Shown: positions 18,798 to 29,075, counted from the stretch's first letter. The stretch is DNA of 64,000 bases from an uncultured Candidatus Saccharibacteria bacterium (GCA_964602665.1 CAZRRH010000001.1:72414-136413), one strand, 5' to 3'. Notes: a model not told the origin generated them from the sequence alone. A program made the numbers and translations.

Positions 18798-19931
18798 CTA
18801 TTTTGAGATTTTTTGCAACTGTTGCCAAAGAGACTTTTGCTCTCGATTTGCCTTACTTGGAATTTCGACAATTATTCTCACAAAATGATCTCCTCGATTA
18901 TCCTTACCCAATGAATATGAGCCCTCTCCTTTAACCTTAAAAATACTGCCCGATTGAGTTCCAGCGGGGATTTTTAACTTAACAGAGCCAAGCACAGTAT
19001 CTATTTCTTTTACCCCGCCTAAAACTGCCGTGTAAATATCAATTTTTTCCTCAGAATAAATATCGTCCCCTTGTCTTTGGAAATTCGTATGCTCTTTAAC
19101 ATTTAGCTGAATATATAAATCACCAGGATCCTTAACACCTTTTACATGATTTCCTCCGCCACCAAACCTTAGCACCATGCCATCATAAGATCCTTTTGGA
19201 ATAGTTATTTTTATCTTCTTTTTACTATTAATTACTCCTGTTCCCGAACACTTTTCACATTTATGCTCAGGAATTTCTCCACTCCCATCACATTCTGGAC
19301 AAATAGACACAACAGACATTTGCCCAAAAAAAGAGTTCCTAACTTGTCTAACTTGACCAACACCTCCACAAGTTGAACATTTCTTGCTTTTTTTATCCTT
19401 TGCACCAGTACCGTCACAAGCAGAACAGGTGACATCGCGAGTTATTTCAACCTCAAAATCGCCCCCTTTGATTGCAGATATAAAATCAAGATCTATTGAG
19501 TATCTAATATCTGTTCCCTTATCACTTTTTCTTTTTTGCTTATTTGATCCACCCCCAAAAAACGACGAAAACATATCTGAATCAGAAAATCCCGAATTTC
19601 GGAAAAACTGTCCGAAAATATCGCCCATATCATAATACTCAGAGCCATTAAAACCCTGCCCATCACTGTAACCATAAGGAGATCCTGAGTACCCACCAGA
19701 ACCAAATCCACTTACGCCTGCATGGCCGTACTGATCGTAAGCTTTTCGCTTATTTGCATCAGAAAGTACCTCATAAGCTTCCGACACTTCTTTAAATTTT
19801 GTTTCCGCATCAGAGTCCTTGTTGTTGTCAGGATGATATTTTCTAGCCAATTGACGATACGCTTTTTTTATTTCTTTTTCTGTAGCGCTCTTTGATACGC
19901 CTAAGACCTCATAATAATCTCTTTTTTCCAT
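18798..19931 (-). CDS. dnaJ: Chaperone DnaJ
   Basis: J domain with HPD, G/F-rich linker, four CxxCxGxG repeats. Confidence 0.97.
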   Translation of the reverse strand: MEKRDYYEVLGVSKSATEKEIKKAYRQLARKYHPDNNKDSDAETKFKEVSEAYEVLSDANKRKAYDQYGHAGVSGFGSGGYSGSPYGYSDGQGFNGSEYYDMGDIFGQFFRNSGFSDSDMFSSFFGGGSNKQKRKSDKGTDIRYSIDLDFISAIKGGDFEVEITRDVTCSACDGTGAKDKKSKKCSTCGGVGQVRQVRNSFFGQMSVVSICPECDGSGEIPEHKCEKCSGTGVINSKKKIKITIPKGSYDGMVLRFGGGGNHVKGVKDPGDLYIQLNVKEHTNFQRQGDDIYSEEKIDIYTAVLGGVKEIDTVLGSVKLKIPAGTQSGSIFKVKGEGSYSLGKDNRGDHFVRIIVEIPSKANREQKSLWQQLQKISK

Positions 19932-19942
19932 ACTAGGGTATT

Positions 19943-19969
19943 TTAGCAGATTTACACCTTATTTGCCAA
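19943..19969 (-). promoter_or_regulatory. CIRCE-like 9-N9-9 inverted repeat overlapping the dnaJ promoter
   Basis: Plus strand TTAGCAGAT-TTACACCTT-ATTTGCCAA; overlaps minus-strand TGC-TAAAAT (-10 at 19940-19945). Confidence 0.65.
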
Positions 19970-20167
19970 TAGCTATAATTATTTTTCTATTTATTTTTTA
20001 TAGTATTCTCTTAATAAAAGCCTCATTAACAGCCTTTATTATATTTCGAGCTCGGATATTTAGCGTTTCTCCACCCCAGGGTCGCCATTATCTACGAAAA
20101 GTATACACATCTAATAATTTTATCCTGACGGCGATCATTTGATTATTTCAAGATTTCAATTGACAAG

Positions 20168-20176
20168 TTATCCACA
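20168..20176 (+). promoter_or_regulatory. Consensus DnaA box upstream of dnaA
   Basis: TTATCCACA, 2 bp after TTGACA (20160-20165). Confidence 0.8.
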
Positions 20177-20222
20177 ATTTGAGATTATCATCGATATGTA
20201 GATTAAGCGAAAGTTTATAATT

Positions 20223-21698
20223 ATGAACAAGCTTTTACAACAAAAAACAGAAGACATTATACCACAAGAAAACTCTGTAATATGGAAATCTGTCAAAGAA
20301 CAACTTCGCATTTTCTTAAACAAGAACAGCTACGAAACATGGTTTAGCGATGTTAATCTTGACAAGATTGAAGACTCAATTGCCTATATCAGCTGTGATA
20401 CTGACTATAAAAGAAATTGGATCGAGCAAAATAGTCGTATAATAATAACTAAAATTTTGAGAGAAATAACGGGCAAAGAGTACAATCTTATTTTCACTGT
20501 CAAAAGCAGTATTAAAAAAAGTTCTTCTTCCCAACATGAAAAACAAGAAAAAGAACAGGCTTCTTATGAATATTTTATTCCAGATGGAAGTTTAAATACA
20601 AAACCTACAGAAAAATCAACAAGCAACCTTATTACTTTTACAGGAAGTGCAAACGAGCGAAAAGAGATTGCATACCTAAATAAAAGTTATACTATGGATA
20701 ATTTTATCGTTGGAGCAAATAACAGACTGGCTTTTGCTGTCGCAGAGGCCGTTTGTGAATCGCCCGGAACGGCTTATAATCCAGTCTTTTTTTATGGAGG
20801 GACAGGCGTTGGCAAAACTCATCTTATGCAAGCGATAGGCAATAGAATTATAGATAAATATGCAGACAAATCAGTAATTTATGTTCCAACCGAGACTTTT
20901 TTAAATGAATTGATTTACTCTATTAAAACAAGAAAAAATGAAGAATTTAGAGCAAAATATAGAAAAATTGATCTACTTATTTTAGACGATATACAAGCTT
21001 TAGAAAATTATGATAAAACTCAAGAGGAAGTTTTCAATACATTTAATGCTCTCTATTTAGATAATAAGCAGATAATTATTGCCTCTGATAGGGTCCCAAA
21101 GGAAATAAAAAATCTTACCGATCGATTAAGATCAAGATTTGAGGGAGGCATGGTTATCGATATTCAGCCACCAGAAAAAGAGACTAGGATTGCTATAATA
21201 CAACAGATTATGGAGGAAAAAAAAAGCGTATTACCAAACAATATTATTCAGATAATTGCAGAAAACATTGAACATAATGTACGTCAACTTGAAGGCGCTA
21301 CTATAAAAATAATATCTATGCAAAATTTGCTCCGTAACAATCAAGATTCTTCATTATCTGAAGAAAAAGTAAGACAGCTTTTACTTATTGACACAGAAAG
21401 CAAAAGAAAGAGGATAAAACCTGACAGAATTATTGATTGTGTTTCTGAAGTGTTTGATGTCTCCGTTAAAGATATAAAAGGACAAAAAAGAACTGCTTAT
21501 ATTGCAACAGCAAGACAAGTTGCCATGTACCTAATGCGCTATACTTTAAATTATCCTTTAGAAAAGATCGCTTCTGAACTTAACAAAAGCGACCATACAA
21601 CGGTTATACACGCATGCAATAAAATAGAGCTTTGTCTAAAAGAAAGAGGAGAGATAAAATCCAAAATAGACAGATGCCGTGTAATGCTTGAAGAATAA
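20223..21698 (+). CDS. dnaA: Chromosomal replication initiator DnaA
   Basis: YNPVFFYGGTGVGKTHL, LDDIQ, RLRSRF, ARQVAMYL, DHTTVIHA. Confidence 0.98.
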   Translation: MNKLLQQKTEDIIPQENSVIWKSVKEQLRIFLNKNSYETWFSDVNLDKIEDSIAYISCDTDYKRNWIEQNSRIIITKILREITGKEYNLIFTVKSSIKKSSSSQHEKQEKEQASYEYFIPDGSLNTKPTEKSTSNLITFTGSANERKEIAYLNKSYTMDNFIVGANNRLAFAVAEAVCESPGTAYNPVFFYGGTGVGKTHLMQAIGNRIIDKYADKSVIYVPTETFLNELIYSIKTRKNEEFRAKYRKIDLLILDDIQALENYDKTQEEVFNTFNALYLDNKQIIIASDRVPKEIKNLTDRLRSRFEGGMVIDIQPPEKETRIAIIQQIMEEKKSVLPNNIIQIIAENIEHNVRQLEGATIKIISMQNLLRNNQDSSLSEEKVRQLLLIDTESKRKRIKPDRIIDCVSEVFDVSVKDIKGQKRTAYIATARQVAMYLMRYTLNYPLEKIASELNKSDHTTVIHACNKIELCLKERGEIKSKIDRCRVMLEE

Positions 21699-22102
21699 TT
21701 TCACGCTTTTGTGGATAACTAGTGGATATCTACGGAATAACTTGTGAATAACTCGTCGCTTATCCACAGCTTTCTGTCGAGAATACTTTCTCTCATATTT
21801 TATCCAAAATTTTCCACCCATTTTTTCACATTTTCCTAATAATATATCCACACTTATCTTGACAGCTTTTTTATATTACAAACATTGCTTACAAGATATA
21901 ATTTTTCTGTTTTGCTTTCTCATAGTTATCCACACTCTCTGTTCTCACAATTTCATATATATAATAATGATTTTTCATTTTCTAGTTACATATCCACATT
22001 CCCTACTATATCTACTACTATTTATATATATATTTTCTTTTTAGTATAGAATATGTTAAAATAAATGGCAGTTAATTTTAAATTATAAAAATCCATTTTA
22101 GT
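21699..22102. promoter_or_regulatory. oriC: oriC: DnaA box cluster, DnaA-trio-like repeats and AT-rich unwinding element
   Basis: TGTGGATAA 21710-18, TGTGAATAA 21743-51, TTATCCACA 21760-68 and 21926-34, ATATCCACA 21844-52 and 21990-98, then CCCTACTATATCTACTACTA (22001-20) and an AT run; lies between dnaA and dnaN. Confidence 0.9.
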
Positions 22103-23239
22103 ATGAAATTCTCTTGTAAAAAAGACTCTCTTGCAAATAAACTCAACATTGTAAATAGAATAATCCTTTCTAATCCGACAATTCCTATACTAAACAACAT
22201 TCTTTTACAAGCAGAAAAAGGGAAATTACATATAAAAGCCACAAATCTAGAGATTGGAATAAATTGCTGGATTGGTGCAAAAGTTGATTCTGATGGAATA
22301 ATTACTGTCCCCTCCTCTGTTTTTACCGAGTACATTAATGGTCTTCCCAACTCTACAATTGAGTCTGAACTTCTTGATAATGTTATTTCCTTCTCCACTC
22401 CAAATAATACTGCAAATTTTAATACAATGCCATCTGATGATTACCCTACATTTGGCGGAATGCCTGATAATAGTAAACCACTCATTACAATTTCACGCGA
22501 GAACCTTTTACAAGCTGTAAACAAAGTAAGCTTTGCTGTTGATACTGATGGTAAAAACAACATCTATACCGGTATTAAGATAGAAATTGCTGATGGTATG
22601 ATGAATTTCGTCGCTACGGATACACTAAGATTATCTAGATATTCAATCAAAACAAGCAAGAAAATAAGTGGTTCATTGGAATTTATTGTTCCTGCAAAAG
22701 CATTTGATGAAGTTGCCCATATTGTAAGTAACACAGAAATTGATGAGGATAATGATTTTGTTCAGATATATTTAATTGAAGATAAAAACCAGATACTTTT
22801 TAGATATAACGAAATCGAGCTTGTTTCGAGATTAATAGATGGTGATTATCCAGATTATAAAGCAATTATCCCGACTTATCATAGCACTTGTGTCACATTT
22901 AATCGCGAGGAGTTAATAAATAATCTTCGTCTAAGCACAGTTCTTGTCAAGAAGTTAAAGGTCTCAAGAATAGATATGAAAATAGACGCAAAAAACGGTA
23001 AAGTAATTTTAAATAGTAACAATGTTGATTTAGGAACAAATGAAAGTCTTCTTGAAGCTACTGTTGAGGGTGAAGATTTAACTATTATGTTTAATTCGAG
23101 GCATATTATTGATGTACTTAGCAGAGTTGAAGATAAATCTGTTATCTTTGAGTTTACAAGCAACTCTACTCCTGTAATGTTTAAAGTTAAAGGCGATGAT
23201 AATTTCTTCCACCTTATGATGCCGATTACTATTGAATAG
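22103..23239 (+). CDS. dnaN: DNA polymerase III beta clamp
   Basis: PILNNILL, ATNLE, ATDTLRLS, SRLIDGDYPDY, LMMPI; follows dnaA. Confidence 0.97.
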   Translation: MKFSCKKDSLANKLNIVNRIILSNPTIPILNNILLQAEKGKLHIKATNLEIGINCWIGAKVDSDGIITVPSSVFTEYINGLPNSTIESELLDNVISFSTPNNTANFNTMPSDDYPTFGGMPDNSKPLITISRENLLQAVNKVSFAVDTDGKNNIYTGIKIEIADGMMNFVATDTLRLSRYSIKTSKKISGSLEFIVPAKAFDEVAHIVSNTEIDEDNDFVQIYLIEDKNQILFRYNEIELVSRLIDGDYPDYKAIIPTYHSTCVTFNREELINNLRLSTVLVKKLKVSRIDMKIDAKNGKVILNSNNVDLGTNESLLEATVEGEDLTIMFNSRHIIDVLSRVEDKSVIFEFTSNSTPVMFKVKGDDNFFHLMMPITIE

Positions 23240-23984
23240 ATTTTTGCTCAAGTTTTGCAACTCTTCGTCCCCTAAAAAGTACTATTCCTTCAAGTGTAAT
23301 TTGAGGATAGACCTTTTTTAACGCTTGTCCAAGAGAGTTTATTGTTGCAGATGTGCTTAGAACATCGTCGACTACTATTATTTTGGAGACTTTTGTAGGA
23401 AGGAAAGTCGGCATTACTTTAAAAATATCTTTTACATTGTTTAATCGATTTTTTCTTGATAATTTTGCTTGCTTTTTATTATTTATCACTCTTTTTGCTG
23501 TTTTTGTATTTATTTCGCCTCCCAGAATGTTTTGTACTGCTTGTGCAATAATCTCACTTTGATTAAATCCTCGGCCTAATTTCCGTGTCCAGAAAAGCGG
23601 AACTGGTATTATAACCTGATTGGTATCTTTTTCTAAATTGATATCTTTTAAACGCGATTCTACAAGTTTTGTCAGAAGCTCTCCTACTTGTTTTCCTTCT
23701 TGATATTTAAAAGCCAGTAGCATCTTTTTGCTTACTTGGGAATATTTCCATAAAACAGTCATTTTAACAAAAGGAGCATCATTATTTAAACAGGATGCAT
23801 GGGTGCAGTAATCGTAATTCACTTTTCTGCACCCATAGCATTCGGGTATTGAAGGTTCTAAAAAATTTTGGCACTGTTTGCAAAGCCATGTCTTGTTTGG
23901 CTTGCCACAAACTAAACAGTAAGGTACAAATAAGAACCTGCTCAATACACACGCTAAGCCCATGAAGTTTATTATACTTACCAA
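23229..23984 (-). CDS. comF: ComF family protein (Zn ribbon plus PRTase-like domain)
   Basis: CxxC pairs, FKY, IPVPL, RGFNQS, VVDDVLSTSAT; true start may be M8 (23963). Confidence 0.88.
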   Translation of the reverse strand: MVSIINFMGLACVLSRFLFVPYCLVCGKPNKTWLCKQCQNFLEPSIPECYGCRKVNYDYCTHASCLNNDAPFVKMTVLWKYSQVSKKMLLAFKYQEGKQVGELLTKLVESRLKDINLEKDTNQVIIPVPLFWTRKLGRGFNQSEIIAQAVQNILGGEINTKTAKRVINNKKQAKLSRKNRLNNVKDIFKVMPTFLPTKVSKIIVVDDVLSTSATINSLGQALKKVYPQITLEGIVLFRGRRVAKLEQKSIQ

Positions 23985-24096
23985 AGATTAAAAAATATTT
24001 AATAAAAAATGAAATATTTTTTATACGAGAGATATTTTAAAATGGATTGTATTATTGCATCAAATTGTATTTATTAGTATAATAATAATAGTTTTT

Positions 24097-26559
24097 ATGA
24101 AAGAGACACCTTTATTACAACAATATAACAGTTTTAAAAACAGGTATAAAGACAAGATCGTTCTTTTTCGCATGGGCGATTTTTTTGAAACATTTGGAGA
24201 CGATGCCAAAATAACTTCCAAGACGCTAAACATCACTTTGACTCAAAGAAATAAAAACGATGATCCTACTCCACTTGCTGGATTTCCACATCATGCACTT
24301 GATCAATATCTTCCTAAATTAGTTCAAGCTAACTTATCTGTTGTAATAGTTGACCAAGTAGAAGACCCCAAATTAGCCAAAGGAATTGTTAAAAGAGCTG
24401 TAACAAAGATTGTAACGCCAGGGACAATTGATAGTAATGAAAATATATCAAGAGCTCATAATGTTTTATCTTTGGGGATCTCAAAAGGTAACATAGGAAT
24501 TGCAATTTGCGATCTTTATAATGGTGAAGTTTTTATTTCCTCCGTAAAGGATGAAAGAGAGATCGGACAGATAATATCGACAAACGATATAGTAGAGATC
24601 TTGCTCCCAAATGATAAAAAAGTTGAAATTGACCTCTCTTTGCCTACCCAAATAGTAAGTATTGAAAAAAATGATCCTGTCCAAATAATAACAGACCATT
24701 TCAAAATAAATAGCGTTCATTCGATAGGGATAGAAAATAATCAAGAAATAATAAATGCTCTCGCACAATTAATCTATTTCTTTAATGAGACGCAGAAGGA
24801 TACTCCAAGACAGATAAATAACGTAAAATGGTTAAACAATTTCAACTATATTAAATTAGATAGTGCAACAATAAGAAATCTAGAACTTGTTGATTCAATT
24901 TCCGGGCATTCGTTGTTCTCTGTTTTAGATAAATGTGAAACAAATATGGGTAAAAGGACTCTTAGAAACTGGATCCTAAACCCTCTTGCAAAAGTTGAAG
25001 ACATAAAGAGAAGAGCAGATGCTGTGACTTTCTTTTTTAATAAACCTGACCTTCTCGAGAAAGTAAGCTTGTCTTTAGCCAAAATAAGTGACATCGAGAG
25101 AATTACTGGAAGAATCGGTTTAATGTCTGCAACAGCAAGGGATTTTAAAGCGCTATCTTTTTCTATAAGTAGCTCAGACGAAATAATATCTTATTTGGGA
25201 AAAAATATTGATAACTCATCTGAATTTATAAAAAAGATTGTTGAAGAAAGTCCTATTATCAATCTTAATGAACTTAAAAGTTTAATAGAGAAAACAATAA
25301 AGGATGAACCTGCAAATTCTATTACAGAGGGAAACATTATAAAAGAAGGCGTTGATCAAAAGCTTGATGAACTACGGAGCATTGCTCTAAACAGTAAAAG
25401 CTGGCTTGCAACATTTGAAAAAAAAGAAAGAGAAGAAACAGGCATTTCATCATTAAAAGTTAAATTTAATAAAGTTTTTGGATATTTTATAGAAATTACC
25501 AACACACATAAGGAAAAAGTTCCAAGCAATTATGTTCGCAAGCAAACAATGGTTAATTGCGAAAGATACATAACAGAAGAATTAAAAGAAAAGGAGGATA
25601 TAATCCTTAATTCTCAAGAAAAAATAGCCTCTTTAGAATTTGAGATCTTTCAAAAATTTAGGGAGCAGACAGTTGAGTATATCGAAAAGCTTCAAAAATT
25701 AGCCGAGATACTCTCTGTTCTTGATGTGATTTGTAACTTCGCAAAAGTGGCTATACAAAATGATTACATAAGGCCAATTATTGCCGATGATAAGAAAGGG
25801 AAAATCGAGATAAAAAATGCAAGGCATCCCGTTGTAGAAAAAGCAATAAAAGAGCCTTTTATTCCAAATGACATCTTGCTTGACAATCAAAGTAATAATC
25901 TTGTAATAATTACAGGGCCAAATATGTCCGGTAAGTCAACATATATCCGTCAAGTAGCCATGCTCGTACTTATGGCTCATATTGGCTCGTATATTCCTGC
26001 TGCTGATGCCCATATAAGTATAGTTGACAAAATTTTCACAAGAATTGGAGCAAGCGATGACCTATCTGGAGGAAGGAGCACATTTATGGTTGAAATGGAT
26101 GAGGTATCAAATATAACTAATAATGCAACAGCAAAATCGCTTGTTATTCTTGACGAAGTTGGTAGAGGTACAAGCACATATGATGGGATAAGTATTGCAT
26201 GGGCAATTGCGAGCTTTTTATTAAATAAAGTAGGCGCAAAAACAGTATTTGCCACACATTATCACGAGTTAATGAAATTACAAGAAAAATATCCTCAAAA
26301 GGTTAAAAATTACAATGTCGCTGTAAGCGAGGACATTGAAAAAGATGAAGTGGTTTTTCTTAGGAAAATACGCGAAGGAGGCACAGATAAAAGTTACGGA
26401 ATATATGTTGCAAAAATGGCTGGTTTGCAAGAGGAAATAATAAAAGAAGCCAAAAATACTCTTTTAAAATTAACAACTACAAACGGTGGTGTAAAAAACA
26501 GAAAAAGAAATCAGAAAGAAATAGACACAGGAGAGATAAAAGTTAGAAAATTGTTTTGA
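24097..26559 (+). CDS. mutS: DNA mismatch repair protein MutS
   Basis: TPLLQQY, FRMGDFFETF, TGPNMSGKST, STFMVEM, DEVGRGTST, FATHYHEL; ATG 24097 preferred over TTG 24055. Confidence 0.97.
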   Translation: MKETPLLQQYNSFKNRYKDKIVLFRMGDFFETFGDDAKITSKTLNITLTQRNKNDDPTPLAGFPHHALDQYLPKLVQANLSVVIVDQVEDPKLAKGIVKRAVTKIVTPGTIDSNENISRAHNVLSLGISKGNIGIAICDLYNGEVFISSVKDEREIGQIISTNDIVEILLPNDKKVEIDLSLPTQIVSIEKNDPVQIITDHFKINSVHSIGIENNQEIINALAQLIYFFNETQKDTPRQINNVKWLNNFNYIKLDSATIRNLELVDSISGHSLFSVLDKCETNMGKRTLRNWILNPLAKVEDIKRRADAVTFFFNKPDLLEKVSLSLAKISDIERITGRIGLMSATARDFKALSFSISSSDEIISYLGKNIDNSSEFIKKIVEESPIINLNELKSLIEKTIKDEPANSITEGNIIKEGVDQKLDELRSIALNSKSWLATFEKKEREETGISSLKVKFNKVFGYFIEITNTHKEKVPSNYVRKQTMVNCERYITEELKEKEDIILNSQEKIASLEFEIFQKFREQTVEYIEKLQKLAEILSVLDVICNFAKVAIQNDYIRPIIADDKKGKIEIKNARHPVVEKAIKEPFIPNDILLDNQSNNLVIITGPNMSGKSTYIRQVAMLVLMAHIGSYIPAADAHISIVDKIFTRIGASDDLSGGRSTFMVEMDEVSNITNNATAKSLVILDEVGRGTSTYDGISIAWAIASFLLNKVGAKTVFATHYHELMKLQEKYPQKVKNYNVAVSEDIEKDEVVFLRKIREGGTDKSYGIYVAKMAGLQEEIIKEAKNTLLKLTTTNGGVKNRKRNQKEIDTGEIKVRKLF

Positions 26560-26560
26560 A

Positions 26561-27274
26561 CTACCCCATTAGTTCACATCCCATACCATATCGCGTTTTT
26601 ATTAACTTCCTACCACTTTGTGAATAAATCTTTTTTCTTAATCTACAAATAAGCACATTAAAATAGTTCTGTGTCATATTGTTAAGTCCCATTCTTTGAG
26701 CTAAAGAATCCATAAGATTTTCCTTGTCTGTTAGAAATCTCTTTTCTCCAAGATATTTAATAATAAGTGATTCTGCATATGACAACCGAATTTTAGTGCC
26801 ATCAACTTGAAGTAAACAATTATTGAAATCAAGGAAAACACCTTCTGTAATTTTTGTGTAATCTTGACTTTTTCCACCATCCGCAAAATATATGTTAAGA
26901 AGGCGTTTTATCCTGCAACTAAGCTCTCTAAAATCAAAAGGTTTGTTAATAAATTCATCTGCACCTAACTCAAAAGCTCTTACTTTGACATCTATTTCTT
27001 CCTGGTTACCCAGAATCGCAATTTTGGTCTTTAAACCGTAAACTTTTTTAATAGAGGTAATTAGTTTAAAAAGCTCCTTTTTATCTCGTCGTGTATCAAT
27101 AATAAACAGCGATATAGAAGGATTAACGCGCTTTGTGACTGTATAGCCTTTTTGAACTTTAAAAATAGCGTCCAACTCTTTTGCTAAATTTGAGGAAATG
27201 AGTTTCATAAACGAAAAATCCTTGCCTATTAGCACAATTTCTCTAGAAGGGGTCAAGTAATTCTTGGATTGCAT
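26561..27274 (-). CDS. OmpR-family response regulator, atypical receiver
   Basis: GADEFINKPF and winged-helix 'RLRKKI...IKTRYGMG'; N-terminal acidic pocket degenerate. Confidence 0.8.
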   Translation of the reverse strand: MQSKNYLTPSREIVLIGKDFSFMKLISSNLAKELDAIFKVQKGYTVTKRVNPSISLFIIDTRRDKKELFKLITSIKKVYGLKTKIAILGNQEEIDVKVRAFELGADEFINKPFDFRELSCRIKRLLNIYFADGGKSQDYTKITEGVFLDFNNCLLQVDGTKIRLSYAESLIIKYLGEKRFLTDKENLMDSLAQRMGLNNMTQNYFNVLICRLRKKIYSQSGRKLIKTRYGMGCELMG

Positions 27275-27360
27275 GCTATATCATAGCACTGCATCTTTGA
27301 AATGTGTATAGAATAATATTACATATTTTAGCCTTTAAATAGGCAATAAAACCAAGCATG

Positions 27361-28632
27361 TCAAGTAACTATAACAGTTTCACTTGAAGATCTCATATCT
27401 TTTAAAATAAAAGTATTCATCTTCTGCTCGTCGGGACCAGCAATAGCAACAAAGTCAAACTGCTTTTTATTGGCATATTTAAGCTGTTTTCCAATTGCTT
27501 GATTTTCTTCTGTAAAAAGCTCTGTAAAATAGCCTTGTTCGCGAAGCTTTTGTGCAACTTTTTGGCTGTAAATATAACTGTTTTCGTCAAAAACAGAAAT
27601 TAAAACGGTTTTCTTTGATTTGATGTCTGGTAAAAGATTCCATTCTTCTAAGAAAATTCTTGTCGTTTCGTCTCCTGGTGCCATTCCTACTGCTGGGAAA
27701 TTGTTAGAACCAAAAATTCTAGCCAAGCCGTTATATCTTCCTCCTCCAAAAATTGATCTACCTCCTTTGAGGTTAAAAAACTCAAAAATAGTGCCATCAT
27801 AATAGTCAAAACCTCTTATTATACTCGGACTGTATTTAATGAATTTACTATACCCCATCTTTTCAAGTGTATTTATAATTTTTTCAAGCTTTTTAAATCC
27901 TTCGGTTTCTGATATTTTTGGTAAAATATCTTTTATATCGTCAAGTTTTGTAAGCTCCATAATAGAAGCTATTTTATTTGCTGTTTGGGCGGATAATCCG
28001 CATCCAAGGAGTTGTTCAATAAATGATGCCTTATCATATTTATCTTTTCGATCCATAACTCTGACTGTTTTTGTAATAAGTTCTTTTGAATTAATATCCA
28101 ATGATTTTAGTATAAAATCTATTAGTTCTCGGCTGTTTATTAAACAGGCAAAAGAGCCTTCTTTTGCACCAAAAGCAAGCATTATTTCTATGCCCATTTG
28201 GATTATTTCGATATCGGCACTTATTGAGTCAGTTCCAAATATATCAAAATTAAGTTGCCAGAACTCTCTATTACGACCTTTTTGAGGGTTCTGATTTCTG
28301 ATAAAGTTGGCAATTGAGAAAAGCCTCAATGGTTTTGTCTCTTGCTCGTATATTCGAGAGACCAGCCGAGTGATTGAAGGTGTCATTTCAGGACGAATTG
28401 CAAGTTCCCTGCCTGCTCTGTCCGTGCAGGTCATAAGCTCTTGTCCGCCGACCTCTTCACCTGATTTAGCTCTATAAATATCTGCATCCTCAAGTAGAGG
28501 CGTTAAGTACTCTTTGTATCCAAATTTTTTGCAAACACTTCTCCACTTTTTAAAAATATATGATCTAATAGCATACTCTTTTGGTAGCCAATCAGCATAT
28601 CCTTTAAGTGGTTGATTTGATATCTGTTTCAT
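27361..28632 (-). CDS. hisS: Histidine--tRNA ligase
   Basis: LAIRPEMTPS, PQKGRNREFWQ, RGFDYYDG, GGGRYNGL; C-terminal anticodon-binding domain. Confidence 0.96.
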   Translation of the reverse strand: MKQISNQPLKGYADWLPKEYAIRSYIFKKWRSVCKKFGYKEYLTPLLEDADIYRAKSGEEVGGQELMTCTDRAGRELAIRPEMTPSITRLVSRIYEQETKPLRLFSIANFIRNQNPQKGRNREFWQLNFDIFGTDSISADIEIIQMGIEIMLAFGAKEGSFACLINSRELIDFILKSLDINSKELITKTVRVMDRKDKYDKASFIEQLLGCGLSAQTANKIASIMELTKLDDIKDILPKISETEGFKKLEKIINTLEKMGYSKFIKYSPSIIRGFDYYDGTIFEFFNLKGGRSIFGGGRYNGLARIFGSNNFPAVGMAPGDETTRIFLEEWNLLPDIKSKKTVLISVFDENSYIYSQKVAQKLREQGYFTELFTEENQAIGKQLKYANKKQFDFVAIAGPDEQKMNTFILKDMRSSSETVIVT

Positions 28633-28685
28633 TTTTGTTTATTTTTAATTTATTTAATATATTTATCTTATAGTCAATTATATCA

Positions 28686-28769
28686 GAAAAAGGCGGTTAT
28701 CTCACCGCCCTTGTAAAAACTTCAAATGAGTTTAAATTAAGCAGTGAGGTCCGCCTGTAAATGTGAATG
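28686..28769 (-). promoter_or_regulatory. Putative His-sensing transcription attenuator between yerC and hisS
   Basis: Minus strand: CAT-TCA-CAT, segment 1 AGGCGG, segment 2 CTCACTGCTT, segment 3 GGGCGGTGAG, segment 4 ACCGCC followed by TTTTT. Confidence 0.65.
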
Positions 28770-29069
28770 GTTTAAACCTGCCTTTTTGGCTTTTTTTATT
28801 ACAAATTTGTATCCACCTTTTCCTCTTTTAAGCCATTGATTAACTCTGGTTACTGTCGCTATGCTAACAGAAGTTTGTTCACTAACTTGTCTTTGAGAAG
28901 TTCCTTTGTCAAGGAGTTTTGCAACCTCTAATCGATTGGCAAATTCCTCGAGTTCACTCTCTGTTAGCAAATCGCGCAAAAAAGCAAGCATTTGTTTATC
29001 TGTTTTTATTGATAAAAATGCCTGTGCTAGTAATCGGACTTTATTTTGTTTTAATATGTCTTTTGTCAT
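28737..29069 (-). CDS. TrpR-like (YerC/YecD) protein
   Basis: 'FLRDLLTESEL...RLEVAKLL...SIATVTRVNQWL..G.GGY'. Confidence 0.92.
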   Translation of the reverse strand: MTKDILKQNKVRLLAQAFLSIKTDKQMLAFLRDLLTESELEEFANRLEVAKLLDKGTSQRQVSEQTSVSIATVTRVNQWLKRGKGGYKFVIKKAKKAGLNHSHLQADLTA

Positions 29070-29075
29070 GATAAT

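Noticed and set aside
21636-22044. Short ORFs in the dnaA-dnaN gap
   Set aside because: Region is explained by DnaA boxes and oriC
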